From an uncultured Acidobacteriota bacterium (GTDB lineage Bacteria > Acidobacteriota > Thermoanaerobaculia > Thermoanaerobaculales > Sulfomarinibacteraceae): a stretch of DNA of 64,000 nucleotides. Each line of letters opens with the position of its first letter. Within the stretch, counting starts at the first letter, position 1. Made by a program: the position numbers and the translations under genes. Below are positions 9,977-22,032 of this stretch, in pieces. The stretch covers positions 155,599 through 219,598 of the forward strand of contig CAWJPW010000009.1 in the NCBI GenBank assembly GCA_963844845.1, given 5' to 3'. The notes beneath the pieces were generated by a model. It did not search any database, was not told the DNA's origin, and saw only the letters and a list, made by a program, of their open reading frames with translations.

Positions 9977-10753
9977 ATGACAGCGACACTCGAGACCGTG
10001 TTCGTCATCGGCATGGGTGAGGTTGGGACCCGCCTCGCTCAGGCCCTCGGCGCCGCGGGCGTACCGGTCGTGCCGGTTACCCGAACGGCAGGCTGGGATC
10101 GCGCCACCAGCTCCGCGAGGGGTCTCCGCCTGATCTGCGTCCGCGAGGAGGCCCTCGCCGAGGTGCTGATCCGCCTCTCCGACGTGCCTTCAGATCGCCT
10201 CGTGACGGTCCAGAACGGCTGGATTCAACCGCTTCTCGAGGACCATCCCAACTCGACGCGAGGGCTCATCTGGTTCACCAGCAAGGGCGACTTCTTTCGC
10301 GAGCTGCGCCCCAGCCCGTTCGCCGGCCCGGCCGCCCTGACGCTGACCTCGGCGCTCGAGCGCGGCGGCGTCAGCGTGCGCGCCGTGACCGACGCCCACG
10401 AGTTCGCCCGCCTCGACGCCGACAAGATGGGGTTCAACGCGGTCGTAGGCCTACCATTGGCGGTGCACGGGGTGACGCTCGGCACCTACCTGTCCGATCA
10501 CCGCACGGAGGCCGAGTCGGTCTTCACGGAGGCGGTCACCGTGTGCGCCCGCGCTCTCGGCATCGCACCCGACGACGACTGGTGGCCCAGCTTCGTGTCA
10601 AGTGTGGAGCCGCTTTCCTGGGTGTCGGCGTCCAAGGCCAAGGCCCTGGAGTTCCGCAACGGCGCGGTTCAGACCCTCGGACGCGAGCTCGGCATTCGCA
10701 CACCGGTCACCGACCGTCTGCTCACGGCTGCCGGCTGGGGCGATCCGAGCTGA
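9977..10753 (+). CDS. Ketopantoate-reductase-like Rossmann-fold protein
   Basis: VIGMGEVG, VTVQNG, DKMGFN, LEFRNGAV...LGIRTP resembling PanE/ApbA. Confidence 0.65.
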   Translation: MTATLETVFVIGMGEVGTRLAQALGAAGVPVVPVTRTAGWDRATSSARGLRLICVREEALAEVLIRLSDVPSDRLVTVQNGWIQPLLEDHPNSTRGLIWFTSKGDFFRELRPSPFAGPAALTLTSALERGGVSVRAVTDAHEFARLDADKMGFNAVVGLPLAVHGVTLGTYLSDHRTEAESVFTEAVTVCARALGIAPDDDWWPSFVSSVEPLSWVSASKAKALEFRNGAVQTLGRELGIRTPVTDRLLTAAGWGDPS

Positions 10754-10759
10754 GGAGCA

Positions 10760-10796
10760 GGAGTGCGGTGCGGACCGAAGGCCCACACCGCACTCC
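10760..10796. terminator. Hairpin between convergent genes
   Basis: ggagtgcggtg ... caccgcactcc followed by a T-rich tract. Confidence 0.6.
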
Positions 10797-10811
10797 CATT
10801 CGTTTTCTTCG

Positions 10812-11297
10812 TCAATGGGCGTGGCCACCCTCGTGCGTGTGGCCATGCTCGAGCTCCTCGGCGGTCGCCTCACGAACCGTGACGACCTCCACCGCGAAGT
10901 GGAGCGGCTTCCCCGCGAGGGGGTGATTGCCATCGAGCTTCACGGTGGCATCTCCGATCTCGGTTATCTGAAACGCCTTGGTCCGCCCGTCGGGGTGTTG
11001 CGCCTGTACGAAATCCCCGATCTTGACGTTGAAGTCGAAGCGTGCGCGCTCCACCTCCACCACCTGCTCCGGGTCGTGCTCTCCATAACCCTCGTCCGGC
11101 GGCAGCGTCACCTCGATCTCGTCTCCGGCAACGCGTCCCTCCAGGGCCTTCTCGAGGCCGGGAATGATCTGGCCGTGGCCGTGCAGGTAGCTGAGGGGCT
11201 CCGTACGCTCACTGGCGTCGAGCACGCTGCCCTCTTCGTCCTTGAGGATGTAGTGGAACGACACCACCCGATCCTCGCTGACGTTCATCTCGGTCAT
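10812..11297 (-). CDS. slyD: FKBP-type peptidyl-prolyl isomerase SlyD
   Basis: YLHGHGQIIPGLEKAL, LDGNHPLAGK, VREATAEELEHGH His-rich tail. Confidence 0.95.
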   Translation of the reverse strand: MTEMNVSEDRVVSFHYILKDEEGSVLDASERTEPLSYLHGHGQIIPGLEKALEGRVAGDEIEVTLPPDEGYGEHDPEQVVEVERARFDFNVKIGDFVQAQHPDGRTKAFQITEIGDATVKLDGNHPLAGKPLHFAVEVVTVREATAEELEHGHTHEGGHAH

Positions 11298-11340
11298 GAC
11301 GGTCTCCTCTCGGGCCGGCGCGACACCGACACGGACCGGC

Positions 11341-12387
11341 TTACTTTGTACCCGACGGAGCCTTGGCGTCGTCGGTCGTGGGCGCAGCCGAGGCGCCCGG
11401 AGGAACGCCCATCGTCTCGATGTCGGCGCTCTTGCGCAACTGGTCGAGAAGCGTCCCTACCGCCTCTCCGGTCTTGCTCTGAACGACCACACCCTTGAGG
11501 CGGTCGTGAACCTCTTCGAGGCTCCTCGTACCCGCAGGCTTGCGGTCCTCGACCTTGATGACATGGAAGCCGAAGCGGCTGCGCACCACATCGGAGATCT
11601 GCCCAGGCTGAAGGGCGAAAGCAGCGTTCGCGAACGCGGGCACCATCTGGTCGTGGGTGAAGAACCCGAGGTCGCCGCCCTTGGGCGCCGAGGGGCCTTC
11701 CGAAAGCTCCTCGGCAAGCTTGGCGAAGTCCTCGCCCGCCACTGCCCGCTTGTGCGCCGCGACGGCCTTATCATGCGCGGCTTTGACAGTCGCCTCGTCG
11801 GCATCCTCCGCCACCTTGAAGAGGATGTGGCGGGCGCGCACCTGCTCCGGAACCTCGAACATGTCAGGGTGCTCCTTGTAGAAGCTGCTGATGTCGTCCT
11901 CAGTCACCTGCACCTTGGGCTCGATCTGGGTCTCGATGAGGCTCTGGGCCAGGTCAGACTCGGTGATGATCTGCTTGAGAGCGGCGTAATCGGTACCCCC
12001 GGTGGCGAGGAACTTGTCGAGCGCCTCACGCCCACCGGCCTGCTTGACGATCTCACCGAGGTTCGCTTCGACCCGCTGCTCATTGGGCTTGATCCCCCGG
12101 CGAGTGGCTTCCTGGGCGAGCAACTTGCGGTCGATCACGCGGCCGGTGCCCATCTCGACCAGCTGCTGCTCGGGAATCTTCTGTCCGCGCTGACGCGCCT
12201 GCAGGTCGCGCATCATCAGGCTCACGTCGGAGGTGTACACCGGATCCCCGTTCACCTTCACGATCACGCGGTTCTGTGCATCTGCGCTCGTCGGCGGCTG
12301 CGACTGAGTCGGCGCCTGCTGCGCTGCGACGCTCAAGGCGATGGTCATGGCCGCCACGACCACCCCTACCCCAAATGACTTGTTCAT
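11341..12387 (-). CDS. Parvulin (PpiC) peptidyl-prolyl isomerase, SurA/PrsA-like
   Basis: Signal peptide; VRARHIL, FAKLAEELSEGPSAPKGGDLGFF, SRFGFHVIKV. Confidence 0.9.
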   Translation of the reverse strand: MNKSFGVGVVVAAMTIALSVAAQQAPTQSQPPTSADAQNRVIVKVNGDPVYTSDVSLMMRDLQARQRGQKIPEQQLVEMGTGRVIDRKLLAQEATRRGIKPNEQRVEANLGEIVKQAGGREALDKFLATGGTDYAALKQIITESDLAQSLIETQIEPKVQVTEDDISSFYKEHPDMFEVPEQVRARHILFKVAEDADEATVKAAHDKAVAAHKRAVAGEDFAKLAEELSEGPSAPKGGDLGFFTHDQMVPAFANAAFALQPGQISDVVRSRFGFHVIKVEDRKPAGTRSLEEVHDRLKGVVVQSKTGEAVGTLLDQLRKSADIETMGVPPGASAAPTTDDAKAPSGTK

Positions 12388-12510
12388 GAGAATGCTCCTG
12401 GTTCGTCCATGTGAATCGAAATCCCGTCCTCACCCAAACCGGGAGTACGGGCCCTCATACGGCCCGCAAGCATACCACCGCCGGCGGCAGCAGGAACCCT
12501 CGCCGATGCT

Positions 12511-14304
12511 ATGCTCACCCATGTGATCAAGACCGGCCACGCGAGGGATGATGAATCGCCAGGGTTCGGCGCCGGGTTCTTCGCGCCGGAGACGGACAGC
12601 GCCGGCGTCTTCCGCTGGATGAGCCATGAAGCAGAGGTCCAGATTGCCCCCGCAGCGCATGACCGCTACCTCGAGCTCGAGGTCCTTTCGGAGTTCTACG
12701 ACCTGGCGCAAACGTTACGGCTCAGGTGCGGCGAGGTGGACGTCGAGCACCCCCTCCCCCACGGCTGGTGGCCAGTGTCGGTCACCGTGCCGAAGCACAC
12801 CGCCACGCTACGGCTTGACGTCACACCATCGTTACCGCCGGCCCACCACGCCAACGACCCACGCAACCTGACCGTGCGTGTCCGCAACCCACGACTTCAC
12901 GTCAATGTGGCGCGGCATGCTCGCGTCTCCGCTTCACACGCCAACACGGTCCTCAATCAACGTGAGATGCTCGATGGACGCACCCAGCTGCGTTCGACAC
13001 CCCCGGTGCTGGGCATCGACCTCCACGGCGAATGCAACGTGAAACCCCCATGCGTGTACTGCGAGTGGGATGCCATGAAGCGCCTCGAGGGAGTGGCGGC
13101 CACCCGGTCCTTCGACCCGAACACCCTCGACGGGTACGGCGTGCTCTACGATAACGCCAGACACCTGGTGAACTGCTCCATCGGCGAGCCCTTCATGCTG
13201 CGCGGGCTCGGCCGGCTGCTCGACATCTTCGCAGCCGATGGCAAAACCCTCGAAATGTCCACCAACGGGCAGATCCTCTCCCCCCGTCAGATCGCCGAGC
13301 TCGTCGGCCGTGACGTCCAGCTCTATGTTTCCCTGGACGCAGCCACCCCTGCGACGTACGCGAGGCTCCGCAATGACCGCTTCGAGGCGATCCTGGCGAA
13401 CCTCCGCCGTCTCGTGGTTGCCAAGGGCGGCCGAGGCGCGCCACCCTGGCTCAACCTGGTGTTCATGCCGATGCAGGCCAACCGGCACGAGCTCGAGGCG
13501 TTCGTCCGCCTCGCCGCCGAGCTCGACGCCGATCAGCTCATTCTGCGGCCTCTCAACGAGTCTCCGGACATAGACCTTTCCTGGGAGCGCGGGGACTACT
13601 CTTTCGACTATCAACAGGAGAGCCTCGCTTTCGACGAGCTCATCCAGCTCTCGGGAGCGGCCTTCGAGCTTTGCACGCTGCTTGGTGTGCCGCTCGCCAA
13701 CCAGCTCGACTTCGGCGGCGCCACCCGCGCAAAGTTCGAGACTCTCTTCGACGAAGGACGTCATGAGGCCGCCTCCGCGCTCGCCGTCAAAGAGTGTGCC
13801 AGGACGCTGCCAGAGGCCACAGGCGCGCCGGAGCACGATCCTCTGGAGGGCGCCACCGACGGCATTCCGGCGGTGCTCTTGTCGACCGCCGGCGACCCTC
13901 CCCCGAGTCTCGGCCGCGAGCGCTGGCCGGCATGCACCGAGCCGTGGCGCAACCTCTATATCCTCCGCCGCGGTGTGATGCCCTGCTGCTACGGCGGTGC
14001 GCCCGTGGCCGGGGTTGATAGCCACCAAGAAGCGTGGAACGGCCCGCTTCTCCAAGAGATCCGCCGTGAGCTGGCGCGCGGCCGTTTCGCTGACTACTGC
14101 CTGCGAAGCCCCGCGTGCCCGTTGGTGCGCAAGACCGAGCACGCCGGCGAGCTACCGCTGGCACAGGTGCTCCTGCTTCAGCTGAGGCGCTCGTGGCAGC
14201 GCCTCAACCGGGTGACGTGGAACCTGCCGCGGAGGGTCCTGGCGCCTTTGAGGTGGGTCCTCAGCCATGCCGCACGTGCGCTGCGCGGGCGCGCTGAGAG
14301 GTGA
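12511..14304 (+). CDS. Radical SAM/SPASM domain protein with N-terminal accessory domain
   Basis: [24 protein letters not shown]; SPASM-like CTEPW...PCC...WNG...C-X4-C; possible start GTG 12523. Confidence 0.8.
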   Translation: MLTHVIKTGHARDDESPGFGAGFFAPETDSAGVFRWMSHEAEVQIAPAAHDRYLELEVLSEFYDLAQTLRLRCGEVDVEHPLPHGWWPVSVTVPKHTATLRLDVTPSLPPAHHANDPRNLTVRVRNPRLHVNVARHARVSASHANTVLNQREMLDGRTQLRSTPPVLGIDLHGECNVKPPCVYCEWDAMKRLEGVAATRSFDPNTLDGYGVLYDNARHLVNCSIGEPFMLRGLGRLLDIFAADGKTLEMSTNGQILSPRQIAELVGRDVQLYVSLDAATPATYARLRNDRFEAILANLRRLVVAKGGRGAPPWLNLVFMPMQANRHELEAFVRLAAELDADQLILRPLNESPDIDLSWERGDYSFDYQQESLAFDELIQLSGAAFELCTLLGVPLANQLDFGGATRAKFETLFDEGRHEAASALAVKECARTLPEATGAPEHDPLEGATDGIPAVLLSTAGDPPPSLGRERWPACTEPWRNLYILRRGVMPCCYGGAPVAGVDSHQEAWNGPLLQEIRRELARGRFADYCLRSPACPLVRKTEHAGELPLAQVLLLQLRRSWQRLNRVTWNLPRRVLAPLRWVLSHAARALRGRAER

Positions 14305-14419
14305 CCCCCGTCAGGCGACGCCCCGACAACCGGTCGCTTCGCCCACCACCTCACATTGCGTTCGACGAGGCCGCCTCCGGCTGCGACGCAACGACCGCGG
14401 CCCACCTATAATCCTCTCC

Positions 14420-15778
14420 ATGATCGATTCACTTGTCGCGCTTCGGGACGTGATCTGGGGCGTGCCGCTCCTCGTCCTGCTGGTGGGAACCGGGGTCTTC
14501 CTCACCGCCCGCCTCGGTCTGGTCCAGTTCCGCGGCCTGCTCCACGCCCTCTGGCTGGCGTTCGTGGTGCGCAAGGAAGAGGGCGCAGACGGCGACATCT
14601 CCCACTTCGGCGCCCTCATGACCGCCCTCGCCGCCACGGTGGGCACCGGCAACATCGCCGGCGTCGCCACCGCCATCGCGGCCGGCGGTCCCGGTGCGCT
14701 CTTCTGGATGTGGGTCACCGGGCTGTTCGGCATGGCCACCAAGTACAGCGAGGCGTTTCTGTCGGTGCGCTACCGCATCGTCGATCACCTGGGCACCATG
14801 TCGGGCGGACCCATGTACTACCTGGCCACCGGCGTAGGTGGCAGGCTCGGCAAGCTCCTGGGCGCCCTCTTCGCCCTGTTCGCAGCGGTTGCCGCATTCG
14901 GCATCGGCAACATGGTCCAGTCCAACTCGGTCGCCGACGTGGTCCGGACCACCTTTGGCGTCCCCCTGTGGGTGACCGGAGCGGTGCTGACCCTCGGCAC
15001 CGGCGTGGTGATCCTGGGGGGAATCCGTTCGATCGCCCGTGTCACCGAGGTGCTCGTGCCCGGCATGATCGTGCTCTACATGCTCGGCGCGCTGGCGGTC
15101 CTGGCCATCGAGTGGCGCCAGATTCCACACGTCTTCCAGCTCGTCTTCTCCGGCGCCTTCACCGGGCAGGCGGCCGTGGGCGGGTTCCTCGGCGCGGCGA
15201 TCAAGGAGACCATCCGCATGGGCGTCGCCCGCGGGGTCTTCTCAAACGAGTCCGGGCTGGGGTCGGCGGGCATCGCCGCGGCGGCCGCCCAGACCACCAG
15301 CCCGTCCGCCCAGGCCCTCGTGTCCATGACCCAGACCTTCATCGACACCATCGTGGTGTGCTCGCTCACCGGCTTCGTCATCATCGCCTCCGGCGCCTGG
15401 ATGAAGGTGGACGCCGCCGGCGCGGCGCTCACCGGCGCTCCCCTCACCGCGGCCGGCTTCCAGGCCGGGTTGCCCGGCACCTGGGGCGACCTCATCGTGG
15501 CGGTGGGTCTGATCCTCTTCGCCTACTCCACGATCCTCGGGTGGAGCTACTACGGCGAGAAATCGCTGGAGTTCCTCCTCGGCGAGCGCTCGGTGCGGCC
15601 GTACCGGCTGCTCTTCTGCATTGTCGTGTTCATCGGCGCGCTTCAACCGCTGGAGCTGGTGTGGACCATCGCCGACATCTTCAACGGCCTCATGGCGGTG
15701 CCGAACCTGGTGGGGCTCCTGCTCCTCGCCGGGGTCACCACCACCGGAACCAAAGAGTACTTCGCCCGTAGATCATGA
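14420..15778 (+). CDS. Sodium:alanine/glycine symporter (AGCS family)
   Basis: [51 protein letters not shown]. Confidence 0.95.
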   Translation: MIDSLVALRDVIWGVPLLVLLVGTGVFLTARLGLVQFRGLLHALWLAFVVRKEEGADGDISHFGALMTALAATVGTGNIAGVATAIAAGGPGALFWMWVTGLFGMATKYSEAFLSVRYRIVDHLGTMSGGPMYYLATGVGGRLGKLLGALFALFAAVAAFGIGNMVQSNSVADVVRTTFGVPLWVTGAVLTLGTGVVILGGIRSIARVTEVLVPGMIVLYMLGALAVLAIEWRQIPHVFQLVFSGAFTGQAAVGGFLGAAIKETIRMGVARGVFSNESGLGSAGIAAAAAQTTSPSAQALVSMTQTFIDTIVVCSLTGFVIIASGAWMKVDAAGAALTGAPLTAAGFQAGLPGTWGDLIVAVGLILFAYSTILGWSYYGEKSLEFLLGERSVRPYRLLFCIVVFIGALQPLELVWTIADIFNGLMAVPNLVGLLLLAGVTTTGTKEYFARRS

Positions 15779-15841
15779 GGATCGGCGCTCCGAGCGGCGC
15801 GCCCTTCCCGTGCGGATACCAATCCCCCTCCGGAGGTCCCG

Positions 15842-18800
15842 ATGCGTCATACCATCGCGAGCGCACTGGCGCTCACTCTCGCCCTCGCCGGCCTGGCCGG
15901 TGCGGTCCCGGCGGAGCTTCCCCGCCATCCGGCTCCGTCTCCCGACGGCTCGACCATCGCCTTCTCGTGGCAAGGCGACCTGTGGCTCGTCCCCGCCACC
16001 GGAGGCGAAGCCCGCCGTCTCACCGCCAACCCGGCGAGCGACCGCCACCCGGTGTGGTCGCGGGACGGCAGCGAGCTCGCCTTCGCGTCCGACCGCCACG
16101 GCAACCTCGACGTATTCGTCGCGCCGGTGGACGGAAGTCAACCGCCGCGCCGCCTCACCTTCGCCTCGCGGGACGACGTCCCGGTGGACTTCAGTGCCGA
16201 CGGCTCGGCGGTTCTCTTCGTGTCCCGCCGCGACGAGTCGATCCGCTGGATGGCCGGGCTCTACTCGGTGCCGGTTACCGGCGGCACCCCGACCCTCGTC
16301 CAGCCGGCCCTGGTGCAATGGGCGGCGCTGGGGCCCGACGGCGAGAGCCTCGCGTTCGTGCGCGGCGCCACCAAGTGGTGGCGGCGAGGCTACCGCGGCT
16401 CCGCCAACCGCGACCTGTGGCTGCGCACCGCCGACGGTGACTCCGTTCAGCTCACCACCTTCGACGGCGATGACGACCTCCCTTCGTGGGTCGATGCACA
16501 CACCCTCGCCTTTCTCTCGAGCCGGGCCGGGCGGAAGAACGTCTTCCTCCTCGACCTGGTGACCGGCGAGGCGAGCCAGCTCACACACCACGAGGGTTCC
16601 GACGTGCGCTTCCCCCGCGCCTCGGCGGACGGCTCCCTCGTCGCCTACGAGTTCGAGGACGGCGTGTGGACGGTCCCGACGAGCGGCGGCGAGCCGCACC
16701 GCCTCACGATCACCGTCCGTCCGGATCTCCTCGCCAACCCGGTGGAGCGGCATACCGACCGCAAGGGCGCCGAGGACCTGGCGGTGAGCCCCGACGGCAC
16801 CCTCGCCGCCTTCGTCGTGCACGGTGACGTGTTCGTCACCGCGGTGCGATCCAAGGACGAGCAGGAGATCGCCGCGCCACCCACCGTCCAGATTACCGCC
16901 ACGGCCGCCCGCGAGAAGCAGCCGATCTGGGCTCCGGACGGCAAGTCGTTGGTCATCGTCAGCGACCGCGCAGGTACCGACGACCTTTACACCGTGAAGC
17001 CCGCCGACGAGAACGCCGGATGGCTCGACTCCTACCGCTTTACCGCAACACCGCTGGTGGCCACACCAGCCGAGGAGCACACCCCCCGCTTCTCACCCGA
17101 CGGCAAGCGGATCGCATTCGTGCGCAACCGCGGTGGCCTCGTGGTAGCCGCTGCCGACGGGAGCGGCGAGCAGGTCCTCTTCAGCCACTTCGAGGCCTCC
17201 GACTTCCGCTGGTCGCCGGACGGGGCGTTTATTGCCTACTCGATACCCGACCTTCAGTACAACACCGAGGTATGGATCATCCCCTCGGCGGGCGGCACGC
17301 CCTACAACGTCAGCCGCCATCCCGACGAGGACGTACAGCCCAGCTGGTCGCCCGACGGCCGCCGCCTGGTGTGGGTGAGCAAACGTCACGCCGACACCAT
17401 GGACGTGTGGGGCGTCTGGTTGACCCGTGCCGACGCCGAGCGTACGCCCGAAGGTTGGCTCCAGGTCTTCAACCAGAAGGGAAAGAAGGCGAACGAGAAG
17501 AGCGGCGAGGCCGAGGATACGGCCGCGGATGATGACAAGGCCGCGGTGCCCGAGCCGCCCACCGTCACCATCGACTTCGACCACCTCTGGGAGCGCCCCG
17601 AGGCGATCACCTCGCTGCAGGGCGACGAGGGCTCGCCGCTCGTGAGCCCCGACGGCAAGCGCGTGGTCTTCACCGCCGAGCACGAAGGAGAACGTGACCT
17701 CTACGCCGTTCGCTGGGACGGCAAGGACCAGAAGCGCCTCACCACCGGTGGTCAGGCCCCCTCCGACCTGCAGTTCAGCTCTGACGGCAAGACGCTCTTC
17801 TACCTCGACAAGGACGGCGCCGTGCGGCGCGTGGATCTGGACGGCAAGGCTGGTGACCCGGTCCCCTTCACCGCACGCTACGAGGTCGATCGTCTTGCCG
17901 AGCGCGGAGAGGTGTTCGACGAGGCCTGGCGGGCGCTCAACCTGTGGTTCTATGACCCCGCCTTCCACGGCGTCGACTGGGCCGCCCAGCACAAGAAGTA
18001 CCGGCCGTGGGCGATGGCGGCCTCGGATCCCGAGGACTTCGCCGACGTGGTCAACCTCATGCTCGGCGAGCTCAACGCCTCGCACATGGGCTACTACCCG
18101 CGGGGCGAGAAAGGTGACGGCGACACCACGGGCTGGATCGGGGCATTCTTCGACGCTGCTGCCGGAGGTCCCGGCATCCTCGTGCGCGAGGTCCTCCCCG
18201 ACTCTCCGGCGGCTCGCGCCGACGTCGATCTCAAGCCCGGCGAGCGCGTGCTTGCAGTGGGCACCAATGAGGTCGGGCCGGACACCAATATCTACGGGCT
18301 CTTGACCGACACCGTGAAGGAGCGCACCTTCCTGCGCGTACGCGGCACCGACGGCAGCGAGCGCACCGTGAACCTGGTGCCGGTGGCCTACCGGCAGGAG
18401 TACCAGCTCCGCTATGAGGAGTGGGTCCGGCAGCGCCGCGCTCTGGTCGACAAGCTGTCGGAAGGCAGGCTCGGCTACCTGCACATCCAGGGCATGGACA
18501 TGCCCTCCTTCGAGGACTTCGAGCGCAGCCTCTACGCAGCAGGCCACGGCAAGGAGGGGCTCATCATCGACGTCCGCTCCAACGGCGGCGGATGGACCAC
18601 CGACTACCTCATGGCGGCACTCATGGTGCAGCGCCACGCCTACACCGTGCCGCGCGGTGCCGATGGCGTCACCAAGGCCTACCCGAGCACCGAGCGTCTG
18701 CCGCTCGCCTCGTGGACCAGGCCGGCCCTCGCCCTGTGCAACCAGGAGTCGTACTCCAACGCCGAGATCTTCTCGCACGCCTTCAAGACCCTCAAGCGGG

Positions 18801-19069
18801 GTCCCCTGGTGGGCATGCCGACGTTCGGCGCCGTCATCTCCACCGGTGGCCAGGCACTGCTCAACGGCGCCTGGGTCCGCCTCCCGACGCGCGGCTGGTG
18901 GGTCGCCAAGACGGGCGTCAACATGGAGCACCACGGCGCCGTCCCCGACGTGATCGTGGCCCAGCCGGTGGACCAGGACACATCGGCCACCGAGGACACC
19001 CAGCTTTCCAAGGCCGTCCAGGTGATGCTGGACGGCTTGGAGAAGGATCCCCGCCACGGGGCGTGGTAG
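15842..19069 (+). CDS. Secreted tricorn protease homolog (S41 peptidase, PD40 propellers, PDZ)
   Basis: Signal peptide; repeated SPDG/WSPDG; GELNASH, IDVRSNGGG, SYSNAEIF, GAVPD. Confidence 0.92.
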   Translation: MRHTIASALALTLALAGLAGAVPAELPRHPAPSPDGSTIAFSWQGDLWLVPATGGEARRLTANPASDRHPVWSRDGSELAFASDRHGNLDVFVAPVDGSQPPRRLTFASRDDVPVDFSADGSAVLFVSRRDESIRWMAGLYSVPVTGGTPTLVQPALVQWAALGPDGESLAFVRGATKWWRRGYRGSANRDLWLRTADGDSVQLTTFDGDDDLPSWVDAHTLAFLSSRAGRKNVFLLDLVTGEASQLTHHEGSDVRFPRASADGSLVAYEFEDGVWTVPTSGGEPHRLTITVRPDLLANPVERHTDRKGAEDLAVSPDGTLAAFVVHGDVFVTAVRSKDEQEIAAPPTVQITATAAREKQPIWAPDGKSLVIVSDRAGTDDLYTVKPADENAGWLDSYRFTATPLVATPAEEHTPRFSPDGKRIAFVRNRGGLVVAAADGSGEQVLFSHFEASDFRWSPDGAFIAYSIPDLQYNTEVWIIPSAGGTPYNVSRHPDEDVQPSWSPDGRRLVWVSKRHADTMDVWGVWLTRADAERTPEGWLQVFNQKGKKANEKSGEAEDTAADDDKAAVPEPPTVTIDFDHLWERPEAITSLQGDEGSPLVSPDGKRVVFTAEHEGERDLYAVRWDGKDQKRLTTGGQAPSDLQFSSDGKTLFYLDKDGAVRRVDLDGKAGDPVPFTARYEVDRLAERGEVFDEAWRALNLWFYDPAFHGVDWAAQHKKYRPWAMAASDPEDFADVVNLMLGELNASHMGYYPRGEKGDGDTTGWIGAFFDAAAGGPGILVREVLPDSPAARADVDLKPGERVLAVGTNEVGPDTNIYGLLTDTVKERTFLRVRGTDGSERTVNLVPVAYRQEYQLRYEEWVRQRRALVDKLSEGRLGYLHIQGMDMPSFEDFERSLYAAGHGKEGLIIDVRSNGGGWTTDYLMAALMVQRHAYTVPRGADGVTKAYPSTERLPLASWTRPALALCNQESYSNAEIFSHAFKTLKRGPLVGMPTFGAVISTGGQALLNGAWVRLPTRGWWVAKTGVNMEHHGAVPDVIVAQPVDQDTSATEDTQLSKAVQVMLDGLEKDPRHGAW

Positions 19070-19075
19070 GACGCA

Positions 19076-19107
19076 CCCCGGGGGGCGGCTGCCGCCGCCC
19101 CCCGGGG
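19076..19107. terminator. GC hairpin after tricorn gene
   Basis: Perfect 14-bp stem ccccggggggcggc/gccgccccccgggg, loop tgcc; no clear U tract. Confidence 0.5.
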
Positions 19108-19311
19108 GAACCACGAGGAATGGGCCCAGCGTGAGAGGTCCACTACCCGTCTCGCCACCCATTGAACGTGACCTCTCAACCTGTACTCACCGAGCGGCCC
19201 CAGAATGCATCGGCGCTTCCCGGCGTTACCGACGTTGACCGCCCACGGCGGGAGAATGTAGGTTGCGCCCGGCTCGCCTCCGGGCACTCACAGGACGAGG
19301 AGACGCACCAC

Positions 19312-21987
19312 ATGGCTTCACCCGAGGACACCCTCACCGATCTCGACGCGATTGAAACTCAGGAGTGGCGGGACTCCCTGGAGTGGGTGCTGCGCAACCG
19401 CGGTGCGCAGCGTGTCCGGGAGCTCCTCTCCGACCTCAGCGTCTACGCCCACCGCAGCGGCGTCACGCTGCCCTTCACCGCGGAGACCCCACACATCAAT
19501 ACGATCCCGGCCTCCGAGCAGCCACCGTTCCCCGGCAGCCGCGAGATCGAGCGGCGCATCAAGAGCATCATCCGCTGGAACGCAATGGCCATGGTCGTGC
19601 GTGCCAACAAGGAGGAGAGCGGCATCGGTGGCCACATCTCCACCTATGCTTCAGCCGCGACGCTGCTGGAGGTCGCGTTCAACCACTTCCTCCATGGCAA
19701 GAGCGAGCACCACGACGGCGACCAGGTGTACTTCCAGGGGCACGGCTCGCCGGGCATCTACGCGCGGGCCTTCCTCGAAGGGCGTCTCAGCGAGGAGCAG
19801 CTGCGCGACTTCCGGCGCGAGCTGCGGCCGAGCGGCGGCCTGTCCTCATACCCCCACCCGTGGCTCATGCCCGACTTCTGGGAGTTTCCCACCGTCTCGA
19901 TGGGGCTCGCGCCCATCCAGGCCATCTACCAGGCCCGTTTCAACCACTACCTGGAAGACCGCGGCCTGCACCCCAAGTCCAAGCACAAGGTGTGGGCGTT
20001 TCTCGGCGACGGCGAGACCGACGAGCCTGAGACCCTCGGCGCCATCACGCTGGCGGCGCGGGAGAAGCTCGACAACCTCATCTTCGTCATCAACTGCAAT
20101 CTCCAGCGGCTCGACGGCCCGGTGCGCGGCAACGGCAAGGTGATCCAGGAGCTCGAGGCCGCCTTCCGCGGTGCCGGCTGGAACGTGATCAAGGTGATCT
20201 GGGGCGACGACTGGGACGCGCTCCTCGACAAGGACACCTCCGGTCTGCTGGTCAAGCGCATGGGCGAGGTGGTGGACGGCGAGAGCCAGAAGTACAGCGT
20301 GGAGTCGGGGGCCTACATCCGTGAGCACTTCTTCGGCAAGTACCCGGAGCTCCGCAAGCTGGTGGACCACCTCTCGGATGAGCAGCTGCGCAAGCTGAGG
20401 CTCGGCGGCCACGACCCCGAGAAGGTCTACGCAGCCTACAAGGCGGCGGTGGAGCACACCGGCTCACCCACCGTGATCCTCGCCCGCACCATCAAGGGAT
20501 ATGGTCTCGGCGAGGCCGGCGAAGGCCGCAACGTCACCCACCAGCAGAAGAAGCTGGCCGATGACGAGCTGCGCGAGTTCCGCACGCGCTTCGGCATCCC
20601 CATCTCCGACGAGGAGGTGGCCAAGACGCCCTTCTACAAGCCCCCGGGCAACAGCCACGAAATGGTCTATCTGCGCGAACGGCGCGAGGCCCTGGGCGGC
20701 TTCGTCCCCACCCGCGGCGTGCGCTGCGCACCCCTACAGCCCATCTCGGACAAGGTTTTCGCGGAGCTCGAGGGTGGCTCCGAGGGACGCGAGATGTCCA
20801 CCACCATGGCCATGGTTCGGGTCATCACCCAGCTCCTCAAGGACAAGCAGATCGGGAAGCTGATCGTACCCATCGTCCCGGACGAGGCCCGGACGTTCGG
20901 GATGGAGGCACTCTTCCGCCAGGTGGGGATCTACTCCCACGCCGGCCAGCTCTACGAGCCGGTGGACGCCGAGACCCTCCTCTACTACCGCGAGGCCAAG
21001 GACGGCCAGGTCCTCGAGGAAGGCATCACCGAGGCGGGCGCGGTGTGCTCGTTCATCGCCGCCGGCACGGCCCACGCGGTGCACGGCATCAACACGATCC
21101 CGTTCTTCCTCTTTTACTCCATGTTCGGCCTCCAGCGCATCGGCGACCTCATCTGGGCAGCGGCCGACAGCCGCACCCGGGGCTTCCTGGTGGGCGGCAC
21201 CGCCGGTCGGACCACGCTTGCCGGCGAAGGGTTGCAGCACCAGGACGGCAACAGCCATCTCCTCGCCTACCCGGTCCCCAACCTGCTCGCCTACGATCCC
21301 GCCTTCGCCTACGAGGTGGCCGTGATCGTGCGCGACGGCATCCGGCGCATGTTCGTGGAGCAGGAAGACGTCTTCTACTACGTCACGGTGGAGAACGAGC
21401 AGTACGTGATGCCCGCCATGCCGAAGGGCGCCGAGGAGGGCATCCTCAAGGGCATGTACCGTTACCGGGCCGGCGAGCTGGCCAAGGCCAAAGGAAAAGC
21501 GCAGCTCCTCGGCTCCGGCGCCATCCTCAACGAGACGCTGCGGGCCCAGGAGATGCTGGCCGAGCGCTGGGGCGTCGCGGCCGACGTGTGGAGCGTGACC
21601 AGCTACAAGCAGCTCCATCGCGACGCCCTGGACACGGCCCGGTGGAACCGCCTTCATCCTGCCAAGAAGCCGCGCCAGAGCTACGTCGAGCGCTGCCTCG
21701 AAGGCGCCGAGGGCGTCTTCGTCGCGGCCAGCGATTACGTGGCCGGCCTTCCCTACTCGGTATCACGGTGGTTCCCCCGGCCGCTCGAGGTTCTCGGGAC
21801 CGACGGCTTCGGCCGCAGCGAGTCGCGCGCGGAGCTGCGCGGCTTCTTCGAGGTGGATGCCCGCCACATCGCGGTGGCCGCACTCAGCAGTCTCGCCCGC
21901 GAAGGAGCGCTCGATCCCAAGATTGCGGCCAAGGCCATCAAAGAGCTCGACATCGACACCGAGTCCCCGCACCCGGTGTCCCGCTGA
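19312..21987 (+). CDS. aceE: Pyruvate dehydrogenase E1, homodimeric type
   Basis: [50 protein letters not shown]; GAGGAG RBS. Confidence 0.97.
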   Translation: MASPEDTLTDLDAIETQEWRDSLEWVLRNRGAQRVRELLSDLSVYAHRSGVTLPFTAETPHINTIPASEQPPFPGSREIERRIKSIIRWNAMAMVVRANKEESGIGGHISTYASAATLLEVAFNHFLHGKSEHHDGDQVYFQGHGSPGIYARAFLEGRLSEEQLRDFRRELRPSGGLSSYPHPWLMPDFWEFPTVSMGLAPIQAIYQARFNHYLEDRGLHPKSKHKVWAFLGDGETDEPETLGAITLAAREKLDNLIFVINCNLQRLDGPVRGNGKVIQELEAAFRGAGWNVIKVIWGDDWDALLDKDTSGLLVKRMGEVVDGESQKYSVESGAYIREHFFGKYPELRKLVDHLSDEQLRKLRLGGHDPEKVYAAYKAAVEHTGSPTVILARTIKGYGLGEAGEGRNVTHQQKKLADDELREFRTRFGIPISDEEVAKTPFYKPPGNSHEMVYLRERREALGGFVPTRGVRCAPLQPISDKVFAELEGGSEGREMSTTMAMVRVITQLLKDKQIGKLIVPIVPDEARTFGMEALFRQVGIYSHAGQLYEPVDAETLLYYREAKDGQVLEEGITEAGAVCSFIAAGTAHAVHGINTIPFFLFYSMFGLQRIGDLIWAAADSRTRGFLVGGTAGRTTLAGEGLQHQDGNSHLLAYPVPNLLAYDPAFAYEVAVIVRDGIRRMFVEQEDVFYYVTVENEQYVMPAMPKGAEEGILKGMYRYRAGELAKAKGKAQLLGSGAILNETLRAQEMLAERWGVAADVWSVTSYKQLHRDALDTARWNRLHPAKKPRQSYVERCLEGAEGVFVAASDYVAGLPYSVSRWFPRPLEVLGTDGFGRSESRAELRGFFEVDARHIAVAALSSLAREGALDPKIAAKAIKELDIDTESPHPVSR

Positions 21988-22032
21988 CCGTGGGTGAGGC
22001 CATCACTGGACGACCGCCGGAAAGGACGCGCC

